Shown here one piece after another: positions 1 to 17,800 of a stretch of 64,000 nucleotides of DNA (positions within the stretch are counted from its first letter, which is position 1; every line of letters starts with the position of its first letter). Under the pieces are notes generated by a model, which searched no databases, was not told the origin of the DNA, and saw only the letters and a program-made list of their open reading frames with translations. Made by a program: the position numbers and the translations under genes. The DNA is from the human T2T-CHM13v2.0 reference genome, Homo sapiens: the NCBI RefSeq assembly GCF_009914755.1, contig NC_060947.1, one strand, 5' to 3'.

Positions 1-243
1 CTGAAAATGGGGTGTTGATGTCTCCAGCTGTTATATCAGGGCCTATCTCTCTCTTAGGTCTAATAATCTTTGTTTTATATATCTGTGTGCTCCAGTTCTG
101 GGTGCATATATACTTAAAATTGTCATATTCTCTTGCTGAATTGACCCCTTTATCATTATATAGTGACTTTTTTGTCTCTTCTTAGAGTTTTTGCCTTGAA
201 ATCTATTTTGTCTAAAATAAGTATAGCTACTCCTGCTCTTTTT
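1..243 (-). mobile_element. Old L1 fragment (ORF2 endonuclease region)
   Basis: Antisense match to the L1 EN-coding region (ggtgcatatata...tcttgctgaattgacccctttatcattatatag). Confidence 0.85.
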
Positions 244-506
244 TAAAAATTCTATTCTCTACCAAAAAGAATCAGGACTCTTTGGAAAACTGGCTGATTC
301 CAGGGATGTGGTAGTTAAAATACAAGATGGACCTAGAGCATCTTGTGGTACCAGAAATCAAGGAGGTGCTCAAAGTAAGATGGAGACATGCCAAAGGACA
401 CAGGAGTTTGGAGGGCTTCCTACTGGTCAAATATAGAGTATTTGAACATCAGAATAAAGAACAATATTTATTAATGTGTTATAACCAATTGAGTAAAATA
501 GACAAC

Positions 507-958
507 TGCTGTGGTTTGGATATGGTTTGTTTGTCCCCACCAAAACTCATGTTGAATTTTGATCCCCAGTGTGGCAGTGTTGGGAGTTGAGGCTTAGTGG
601 GAGGTGTTTGTCAGTGGGAGCAGATTCCTCATGAATCGCTTCATGCTGTTTTGAAGGTAGCGAGTGAGTTCTCACTCTGGCAAGACTGGGTTAGTTCTCA
701 CAGGAATCAATTAATTACCCCAAGAGTGGGTTGTTATAAAGCCAGGGCACCCCTTCCGATTTTGTCTCTTTGCATATGTTCACCTCCTCTTCGACCTTCT
801 CTGCCACATTATGACACAGCACAAAAGTCCTCATCAGAAGCCAGGGCTACGCCATGGAACTTCCAGCCTGCAGAATCAGGAGCTAAGTAAACCTCCTTTC
901 TTTATAAATTACCCAGCCTCAGGGATTCTGTTATAGCAACACAAAATGAACTAAGTCA
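507..958 (+). mobile_element. MaLR solo LTR, MST type
   Basis: TG...CA ends, MST-like termini (tgctgtggtttggatatgg...ttatagcaacacaaaatgaactaagtca), perfect 5-bp TSD ACAAC at 502-506 and 959-963. Confidence 0.85.
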
Positions 959-2081
959 ACAACCATGAGCTCATGAGGATATAAATAAATAAATGTAGAA
1001 GGGAAAGTGCTCCCTTAGACTGGAAAGTTAACTAATTAATACATGTCAAAAGAATGCATTTGAGGGAGCCAAGATGGCCGAATAGGAATAGCTCCAGTCT
1101 ACAGCTCCCAGCGTGAGAGATGCAGAAGACGGATGATTTCTGCATTTCCAACTGAGGTACTGGGTTCATCTCACTGGAGAGTGTCGGACAGTGGGTGCAG
1201 GACAGTGGGTGCAGTGGAACAAGCATGAGCCAAAGCAGGGCGAGGCATCGCCTCACCCGAGAAGCACAGGGAGTCAGGGAATTCCCTTTCCTAGTCAAAG
1301 AAAGGGGTGACAGCACCTGGAAAACGGGTCACTCCCACCCTAATACTGCACTTTTCCAATGGTCTTAGCAAACGGCACACCAGGAGATTATATCCTGCCC
1401 CTGGCTTGGAGGGTCCTACACCCACGGAGCCTCACTCATTGCTAGCACAGCAGTCTGAGATCAAACTGCAAGGCGGCAGCAAGGCTGGGGGAGGGGCGCC
1501 CACCATTGCTGAGGCTTGAGTAGGTAAACAAAGTGGCCAGGAAGCTCGAACTGGGTGGAGCCCACCGCAGCTCAAGGAGGCCTGCCTGCATCTGTAGACT
1601 CCACCTCTGGGGGCACGGCATAGCCAAACAAAAGGCAGCAGAATCCTCTGCAGACTTAAATGTCCCTATCTGACAGCTTTGAAGAGAGTAGTGGTTCTCC
1701 CAGCATGCAGCTGGAGATCTGAGAACGGACAGACTGCCTCCTCAAGTGGGTCCCTGACCCCCGAGTAGCCTAACTGGGAGGCACCCCCCAGTAGGGGCAG
1801 TCTGACACCTCACACAGCCGGGTACTCCTCTGAGACAAAACTTCCAGAGGAACGATCAGGCAGCAACATTTGCTGTTCACCAATATCTGCTGTTCTGCAG
1901 CCTCCGCTGCTGATACCCAGGCAAACAGGGTCTGGAGTGGACCTCCAGCAAACTCCAACAGACCTGCAGCTGAGGGTCCTGATTGTTAGAAGGAAAACTA
2001 ACAAACAGAAAGGACATCCACACCAAAACCCCATCTGTATGTTACCATCATCAAAGACCAAAGGTAGATAAAACCACAAAG

Positions 2082-3107
2082 ATGGGGAAAAAACAGAGCA
2101 GAAAAACTGGAAACTCTAAAAATCAGAGTGCCACTCCTCCTCCAAAGGAACGCAGCTCCTCACCAGCAACAGAACAAAGCTGGACAGAGAATGACTTTGA
2201 TGAGTTGAGAGAAGAAGGCTTCAGATGATCAAACTACTCTGAGCTAAAGGAGGAATTTCGAATCAATGGCAAAGAAGTTAAAAACCTTGAAAAAAAATTA
2301 GACAAACGGCTAACTAGAATAACCAATGCAGAGAAGTCCTTAAAGGACCTGATGGAGCTGAAAACCAAGGTACGAGAACTATGTGACGAATGCACAAGCC
2401 TCAGTAGCCGATTCCATCAACTGGAAGAAAGGGTATCAGTGATGGAAGATCAAATGAATGAAATGAAGTGAGAAGAGAAGTTTAGAGAAAAAAGAATAGA
2501 AAGAAACGAGCAAAGCCTCCATGAAATATGGGACTATGTGAAAAGACCAAATCTATGTCTGATTGGTGTACCTGAAAGTCACGGGGAGAATGGAACCAAG
2601 TTGGAAAACACTCTGCAGGATATTATCCAGGAGAACTTCCCCAATCTAGCAAGGCAGGCCAACATTCAAATTCAGGAAATACAGAGAACACAACAAAGAT
2701 ATTCCTCGAGAAGAGCAACTCCAAGACACGTAATTGTCAGATTCACCAAAGTTGAAATGAAGGAAAAAATATTAAGGGCAGCCAGAGAGAAAGGTCGGGT
2801 TACCCACAAAGGGAAGCCCATCAGACTAACAGCTGATCTCTTGGCAGAAACTCTACAAGCCAGAAGAGAGTGGGGGCCAATATTCAACATTCTTAAAGAA
2901 AAGAATGTTCAACCCAGAATTTCATATCCAGCCAAACTAAGCTTCCTAAGTGAAGGAGAAATAAAATCCTCTGCAGACAAGCAAATGCTGAGAAATTTTG
3001 TTACCACCAGGCCTGCCCTAAAAGAGCTCCTGAAGGAAGCACTAAACATGGAAAGGAACAACCAGTACCAGCCACTGAAAAACATGCCAAATTGTAAAGA
3101 CCATTGA
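2082..3107 (+). pseudogene. L1 ORF1p, disrupted
   Basis: Starts MGKKQSRKTGNSKNQS; premature TGA at 2226-2228 and a further stop; the C-terminal 189-aa ORF matches the ORF1p RRM/CTD. Confidence 0.95.
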
Positions 3108-3160
3108 GGCTAGGAAGAAGCTGCATCAACTAATGAGCAAAATGGCCAGCTAACATCATA

Positions 3161-7007
<3,847 letters not shown>

Positions 7008-7249
7008 ACAATGAGAACACGTGGACACAGGAAGGGGAACATCACACACTGGGGCCTGTTGTGGGGTGGGTGGAGAGGGGAGGGATAGCATTTGGAGATA
7101 TACCTAATGCTAAATGATGAGTTACTGGGTGTAGCACACCAACATGGCACATGTATACATATGTAACAAACCTGCACATTGTGCACATGTACCCTAAAAC
7201 TTAAAGTAAAATTAAAAAAAAAAAAAAAAGAATGCATTTGAAAATCTCT

Positions 7250-7586
<337 letters not shown>

Positions 7587-7664
7587 TTACATTAAGGGAC
7601 AGCCTACAAATAACTAGCCTGAACTCCAAAAATGACAATGTTATGAACCATAAAGAAAGACCGA

Positions 7665-7957
<293 letters not shown>

Positions 7958-8420
7958 CAGACCAAGGATCTCTTCCAGATTGTAGGAGACTAAAGAGATA
8001 TGACAACTAAATGCACATGATTTGTTTTTTTCTTTTGCTATAAAGAATGTTGTTGAGGAAATTGGCTAGTTCTGAATAAGGTCTGTAGATTATGTATTTA
8101 ATAGTATTACGTATTTTTTAGTTTTCTGATTTTGATAATTACTCTGTTTACATAAGATAATCCCTTGATTTAGAAAATACACCCAGAATTATTTAAGGGT
8201 AATGTAGTACTATGTCTGCAACTGATTCTCAACTTGTTGAGGGGAAAAAAGAAGTAAACATACAAACACAGACACATATATGAGAGACAGGGATAAATGG
8301 AGTAGGATAAAGCAAATGTGAGAAAATGTTAACATTTGGGGAATCTGAGTGAAGAGTACACAGGAGTTCCTTGTGCTTTTCTTAGAAACTTTGAGTAAGC
8401 CTGAAATTTTCAAAATACAT
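7958..8420 (+). mobile_element. Old L1 (L1MC-like) 3' end remnant; probably the same element as 245-506, 959-1047 and 7546-7664
   Basis: Resembles L1MC4/5 3'UTR (gcaaatgtgagaaaatgttaacatttggggaatctgagtgaagagtac). Confidence 0.6.
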
Positions 8421-8971
8421 ACATAAAAGAAAACACACACACATACTTGCATGGGCTTAGAGTAGCCACACAAAGGCCATATAAAGTGGTAACGGTGGTG
8501 ATCCCCAGTGGAGAACTGGGGACCTGAGGGTGAGCAGTGAAAAAGAAACTTAATTTTCACTGTATACTTTCCTGTGTTGTTTGAAGGGTTTATCCTGTGC
8601 ATGTATTACACACTCCAAAGTTCCCCTCAAATACTACCGTTTCCAAAAAGCCTACTTATTTTTCTTAACCTCTTTCAAACAACAATCCTTCTTTACATTA
8701 CCTCCCAAAATAAGACACAGAAAATCAAACCTAAAACATGATCAAACAAATTAAAAAAAAAAAAAAAAAAAAAAAGAAATGCTGAAACCCACACAGGAAG
8801 GAATTCCGTAAGTATATCTATTCAGTGACATATTTTTGGAGCCATTTAAATAATGTTTATAAAGAATTCTAATGGGAAAATATTTACATGCAAATTGCAG
8901 CATAAAATTGACAGTACAGCCTGATCCCAACTATGTTCTGTTTATTTGTTAAGGTCTAGAATATAGACTAA

Positions 8972-9345
<374 letters not shown>

Positions 9346-9609
9346 CCCAAATTTTCTTTTTCTTAAAATTTTAAGTCAATTCATTCATTCATCCATTTAT
9401 TAATTTTTATTATATATATAAAGATGCACAATGTGATGTTTTGATTAACATATACAAAGTGAAATGATTATCATGATCAAGCTAATAATATATCTATGAC
9501 CTCACATAGTTATTTTTTGTGGTAAAAATACTTAATATTTACTCTCCTAGAAAATTTCAAGTATATGATGCATCATTATTAACTGTAGTCATCAGGCTGT
9601 GTGCATTAG

Positions 9610-10067
<458 letters not shown>

Positions 10068-10544
10068 CAGTATTTGTCTTTCTGTGTCAGGTTCATTTCA
10101 CTTAGCATGAAGTTTTCAAGGTTCATCCATATTAATCTTTTATCAGATATATGGTTTACAAATACTTCCTCCTATTCTATAGGTTACCTTTTCATTCTGT
10201 TGATTATTCCCTTTGCTGTGCAGAAACTTTTTAGCTTGATGTAGTCTCATTTATTTTTGCTTTTGTTACCTGTGCTCTCGGTGTCACATCAAAAAATCAT
10301 TGAGAAAAACAATGTCATGGGGCTTTTCACCTGTTTTTTTCTAGGAGTTTTATGGTTTCAGATCTTACATCTCAGTTTTTAATCCATTTTGAACTGATTT
10401 TTGTGTGTGATGCATGATAAAGATTGCATGGATAAATACCACTGGATTGTGGTGAATGATCCTTTTAATATACTGTTAAATTTAGTTTGCTAGGATTTTG
10501 TTGAGGAATTTTGTCTCTATGTTCATCAGGGATATTGGCCTGCA

Positions 10545-10853
<309 letters not shown>

Positions 10854-11304
10854 TAAGGTGTCTTTGTCTGGTTTTGGTACCAGGATAATGCTGGTCTTGT
10901 TAAAGGGTTAGGAAGTGTTTCCTCCTCCTCCATTTTTTGGAAAAGTTTGAGAAGAATTGGTATTAATTATTCTTTAAATGTTTGGTAGAATTCACCAGTG
11001 AAGCAATCAGATCCTGGGTTTTTCTTCACTGGGAGATTTTTGATTACTGATTCAATTGCCTTACTTGTTATTGGTCTGTTCAGATTTTCTACTTTTTCAC
11101 AATCCAGTTTCAATAGGTTGTATGTTTGTAGAAATTTATCAGTTTCTTCTAGGTTATCCAAATTGTTGGCATACAATTGTGCACAGAAGTCTCTTATGAT
11201 CCATTATATTTCTTTGGTATCAGTTGTAACGTCTCCTCTTTCATTTCTGATTTTATATGTATAGCCTTTCTTTTTTCTTTTTCTTTCTTTCTTTTTTTTT
11301 TTTT

Positions 11305-11588
<284 letters not shown>

Positions 11589-12144
11589 TCCTTTGTTTTT
11601 TCTTCGTCTAGCTAAGTATTTGATTTTATTTGTATTTTCAAAAAACCAACTCTTAGTTGTATTGATTTTTTTTCTATTGCTTTTCTAGGCTCTATTTCCT
11701 TTATCCTCTGATCTTTGTTATTTCCTTCCTTATGCTAACCTTGGAATTAGTTTGCTCTTCTAGTTCCTTGTGGTGTAAGGTTAGGTTATTTATTTGAGAT
11801 GTTTCTTTTTTCTTCATGTATATGTTCACTGTTACAAACTTTCCTCTTAGAACTGTCTCCCTGGGCCTTAGTTTCCTTACCTATAAGGGCGAGGGGAAAT
11901 AATAGCACCTACTTCATAAGCCCTCTCAATTTCCATCCTGCATGCCTTTTCTTCCACCACACCTCATTGCTCAAGGTCTAACTAGATCTAATTTGGACTG
12001 TTGGGTCACATTACCCTGAATTAACTGACCCAAACCCCCTCCTAGAGAATTCACATCCTGGAGCAGAGGGAAAACTGGCAGGCAACAAGTGATGTCACGC
12101 AGGCTCTCTTAAGCAACAATGCACAATCACAGAGCTGAATCCAA

Positions 12145-12690
12145 ATTTCATTCATCATCCAACCATTTATGCACCTGAATTCATGCAGTGAATGGCCACT
12201 CTGGAAGCAGGGGGCTAGGGAGTAGACTTGAGGTTGTTCATTTGAGGGGTTTTGAGACTGAAACAGGACAGTGGCAGAGGATGAGGAAAGAAGGTGGATA
12301 TGAAAGGCAGAAAGGAGAAAGTCAACTAGACTTGGTGGATCAGCTATGAGGAAACAGGAGGATTTTAGGCTGCACATAAGGCAGAGGGCACAGAGGAAAT
12401 TGCACAAGTTTAAGGGGGTGATTAAGACAAAGATAAGTGCCACAGGAACTCTGAGGGCTGAGAAATCAGTGTGGGATAGAATGGGCAGAAACATGTAAAA
12501 TGAGGAGGATCATTATGAGGAGGAGGGATTCGGGCTAAGACTCACTGTGTGACTTTGGACCAGTCACTATCTTTCTCTGGTCCTTTAGGTTTCCACCTGC
12601 TAAACTGGGAGATGGAGAATGATAATTGGGAGGAATGAATTACATAAGAGAATGTTCAAGAAATGCCTAGCCCTGTAGGCAATATGGATG
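12145..12690. mobile_element. Degraded L2 remnant followed by MIR remnant (about 12530-12690)
   Basis: ttcattcatcatccaaccatttat L2 tail; ctgtgtgactttggac...ggtttccacctgctaaactgggagat MIR core. Confidence 0.55.
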
Positions 12691-13484
12691 GGAAGCATGT
12701 GGCAGGTGTGCTTGGTCCAGGGTTGGGTGGGGCTGGGCTGCCATTTGGGCAACAGCGATGCCACAGGCAGGAGGACACATATACATGCAGACAAAGGAGG
12801 GCATGGGGGAGGGGAAATGTGACCTGGACCCATGCATGTTGGATTTGAGGAGCTCAAAGGCCAAGGCAGTCAAATCAATGTTACCCTGGGAGGCCCTGTC
12901 TTGGCAGTTAGCAGAGAGGGGCTTCTCTGGACTGTGACTCCTAGACTGCCACTTCCTCAGGAAGTACCCAGGTCTGCGAGGCCCGAGTCCTCTGGGTTTT
13001 GTTCTCAAGTCACCACCAGAATTGCTGTGTGAAGCTGAGTCTGTTCTGAACCACTCTGGGTCCAGGTTCCTCATATTAACAACACAAAAAGGCATGTGTG
13101 TGTTGGTGGGGAGGTGGCGAAACATTTGCAAAGGTCCCCTCCCGGTTTATTTTGCTTCAGTTCCATGGCCCTAAGTCCTTTTTTAAAAGTCTAGTCCTGT
13201 CTCCATTCCTACTTTGTTGTGTCCTTGAGTCAGCTGCTGGACCTCTCAGAGCTTATTTTCACATCAGAAATATCTCTAATCTCCTGATTGCACAGGAGAG
13301 TCTCTAACACCCAATGACATACCCTGAAGGACTCTCACCCTCATCTTAACCTGGAAGCTTCAGATAAGTCAGGAAAGTGAGATGCTAGTTACAGATAACT
13401 CCAGTTCTGAATCTTCCATCTTTTTTCACTGCCCTCCGCTCCAGACTGTCAGGAGCTTGCAGCACTGGCTCAATTGCCAAACTC

Positions 13485-13498
13485 GTTGCTATGACAAC
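13485..13498. promoter_or_regulatory. RFX X-box motif
   Basis: GTTGCTATGACAAC, 12/14 match to the canonical palindrome GTTGCCATGGCAAC, in non-repeat DNA. Confidence 0.55.
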
Positions 13499-13769
13499 AG
13501 TTACAAATAACTCAGATGCAGATGAAGATTTTAACCCAAGAGCTGCTGGGCCAAGGGCTTCTTGCTTCCTCCTTAGACCAGATGAGGGAAAATCCTAAAA
13601 ATTATTTGGGATCAAGTCATTCTCTTGCTCAGAAGCCTGCCAAGGCTCCTCAATGTCAAGAATAGTAAATCCTGGCATCCAAGCCCCCCACCCCTCACAA
13701 AACTTGATTTAAATCTTTCCAATCACTTGCTTCCATTAAAAAATGATCACTCCTGTTTTTTTGAAACCT

Positions 13770-13990
13770 ACACCTACCATGTCCTTTGTTGAATGCTTTA
13801 TATACATACAATATCTGCAGAAATCTTCCCAGAACTCCAACAAGTAGACATTATTATTAGACATTATTATTCTCACTTTACAAAGGAGAAAATTAAGGTC
13901 CATGGATACAAGTGAGTTGAGTAAAGAGGTCAGAGAGTAAGAATTCAAACTCAAATCCATAAGATTCCCAAACACACGCTGTTTCCATTG
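13770..13990 (-). mobile_element. MIR
   Basis: attattctcactttacaaaggagaaaattaagg...gaattcaaactcaaatcc. Confidence 0.7.
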
Positions 13991-15039
13991 TCAATGGTTC
14001 ACAGATGTTGCTCTACAGACCTGACATATCCAAAGAGTCTGTGGCAGATTTGGGTTTCCATTCAAGAAGACTGAATGCATTTGTCTCCTCTAACTCTTGA
14101 GATCCTAAAAAATAAGAGTAAAGGAATCAAATGTATAAACTCACAACTCCAAAGAAAGCGGGAGGAGTTCCCATCAGTGGTGAAGAGATTTCAATAACTT
14201 TCTGGCAAGCAGAAAGGGGCGGGAGGGGTGGTAACTGAGAAAGCAGGGCAGGGGAAGGAATGAGCAGAGTCCACATGTGGGAAGGGATCCACCGGGAGAG
14301 AGCTCATCTACCCTGCCAAATCCTGGAGAGGTGCAGTAAAGGTATCCTGATGGTGGGAGCAAGACATAAAGCCTCAAACAGGGAATAATTGAAAGTGTGT
14401 ATTAGAACAGTTGATCTCCCTCCACCTTCCCCTTACTTCATGGGTAGAAATCACAAGAGCCAAGTATCTACACTCCAGCAAAATATCAGAGAGTTCACCA
14501 AAGAAATCAAACAGTCCCAGAGCAATGGTCTCCACATTCTGTAATTAGAGGTCCTCTGGCAGATTGTACAAGTCTCCATCCAGTCGCCTTAAAGGAAAGC
14601 CCAATAGTAGACTTGACAAGCCCCTTCCCCTTACACAGAGCTCCGAGTCAGCATTTTATTGTGTTCTTAAATCAATGGGCTGATAAGCTTGCACATTTAT
14701 GAAAAAATATGCTAATAGGTTTATAAATGAACTGATGAAGCAAATGTGAAAAACAAAGGCTAGGCACATTCAAGTGGAAAAAAAATCAAGCAATTATTAA
14801 AACCAGAAACATTTTTAAAAATTTTAAGGTAATTGTAGTACATGTCTTGACTTTGTAGTGACTACTGATTTACTAGGAATTGGGATATAAACCTATGAAA
14901 AGAGTAAATGGAGGGAAAATAGGGGATGGAAAAGAGATAAATCCTCTTCTACCATAAGGAGATGTCAAAAGATAATGTCTCTAATTGCTAAGTTAGAAAA
15001 ATACTAATATAAGTATATTATGAAGAATATTATGAAGAA

Positions 15040-15500
15040 TCATGGTGGTCCGTCACTTAAAACTCCTTTCAGCCATAAGTAAAAACAAACAAACAAACAA
15101 ACAAACAAAAAAAACACCCAACTGACAGTGTCTTAAACACATATGGCTTTATTTATTTTTCAGTTAACAGGAAGTGCGGCATGGGTTCAACTGCTCAATG
15201 ATGTTATCAAGAAATCAGGTTCTTTCTGACTTTCTTCCTTAGCATGTTGTCTTCATCCTCATGCTAATCCCTACATAGTCACAAGATGGTTGTTACAGCT
15301 CCAGACAGCACGACTATATTCAAAGCAGAAATAAGGAAGGGGATGGCATTAGCTATGTAAGTGTCTTTGTTCAGGAAGTAAAAGGCCCCCAGCAAACATC
15401 TCATTGGCTATAGCTGGATAATATAGCCATCCTTAGCTACAAAGGAAGCTAAGAAAGCAAACAGCTGGTTGTTTAGCCTCTGAATTGGAGGTGGCAAAGG
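15040..15500. mobile_element. Old MaLR LTR (MLT1J/K-like)
   Basis: gtcacaagatggttgttacagctccag...cattggc...gccatccttagctacaaaggaagct. Confidence 0.6.
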
Positions 15501-15688
15501 AGAAGGGATTTGGGGATGGTAAATTCGGAAGAAACAGCTAAAAGTATTGAAAGCAGTTTCTTGCAGGACACGCAGTGGGAAGAAGTGCTACAGGATATTG
15601 CTAGGTTTTGTTATGAGCCCTTTAGCAGCATTTTATTTCTTTTAATGATGTGCATATATTACTTTGATAAAAACTAAAATTTAAGTGT

Positions 15689-15992
<304 letters not shown>

Positions 15993-16402
15993 TTATGGTT
16001 TTATGAAAAAAAATTTTTTTAAATAAAAGCTGGTAGAAGTTTTCTGTCTCCAGAGGAAACAACGTCAATTCACCGTGGAAGCAAACTTACCAGAATAGTC
16101 TTTTTACTTAAACTATGGTCTCTCAGGTATCCCCACTGATCTTAGAGAAAGTTGTGCTATCACTATTAATCTAAATGTGACTGGTGGAAACCAGGACAGC
16201 TCTGTGATGTAGTTATGTGTGTTGACTGTGGTTAGACAGCCCTGGTGCCATTTCCTGTTCCATTTTTTAGCTTTGTGACCCTGAGTGAATGACACCTGGA
16301 AGCCTTACTTTCCTTTTTTATGAAATGAAGATAATTCTAGTGCCCGATACAGAGTAAGCACTCAGAAAATATTAACTACTATGATTAAAATGTTAAATGT
16401 TC

Positions 16403-16705
<303 letters not shown>

Positions 16706-16839
16706 TTAAATGCTCTGTGTAGTGACAAAATCTGGGTGTACTTTAACAATATTATGCTTCCACTGAGTTAATTTTTTATCCCAAACATAGTTTTAGACTA
16801 GACTGTCACTGAAAATTATTATGTGTTCTTGAGAGACGT

Positions 16840-17800
16840 GTGTGCATACAAATGGTCAACAGATATGTGAAAAAATGCACAAAATCATTAATCATTATGT
16901 AAATGTTAATTAAAGACAGAATGAGGTATCACCTCACACCCGTCAGGAAGGCTAGTATCAAAAAGACAAAAAATAACAAGTGTTGACAAGCATGCAGAGA
17001 AGGGGCAACCCTTGTATGCTGTTGGTGGGAGTGTAAATTAGTAGAGTCATCATGGAAAATTGTGTAGACGTTCTACAAACTAAAAATATAACTACCATAT
17101 GATCTAGAAATCCCGCTACTGGGTATACAGCCAAAGGATTTGAAATCAGTATGTCAAAGAGATATCCGCACTTCCATATTTATTGCAACATTATTCACAA
17201 TAGCCAAGATATGGAATCAACCTAAATGTCCATCAACAAATGAATGGATTAAGAAAATGTATACATTCACAATGAAATACTATTTAGTATTTCAAAAGAA
17301 GGAAATCCTGCCATTTGCAACAAAAAAGATGAACCTGGAGGATATTATGCTACATAAAATATGCTAGGTACAGAAAGTCAAGTACTGCATGATCTCACAT
17401 ATATGTGGAATCTAAAACTTAATATACCTGTTAATCAAACTTAATCAAACTTATAGAAGCAGAGAACAGAATAGTGGTTACCAGGGGCCAGGGGTTAAGG
17501 GGAATTGAGAGATGTTGGTCAACAGATACAAAATTTCAGTTAGACAGGAGGAATAAATTATTTTGAGCTCTATTGCACAGCATGGTGAGTATAGTTAATA
17601 ATAATAATGTATTGCATATTTCAAAATTGCTAAGAGAGCAAACTTCAAATTTTCTCACTACAAAAATTGATAAGTGTTTGAGGTGATGGATATGTCAATT
17701 CACTTGATCTAATTACTTCACACTGTATACATATATCATAACGTACCCCATAAATATATACAATTCTAATTTTTCAATTAAAAGTTAAAAAGTTTAAATA
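16840..17800 (+). mobile_element. L1MA-type 3' end
   Basis: ORF2 C-terminus (IATLFTIAKIWNQPKCPSTNEWIKK) and 3'UTR. Confidence 0.85.

Noticed and set aside
13466-13480. Possible NFI site next to the X-box (tggc...gccaa)
   Set aside because: Spacer is 6 nt, not the required 5
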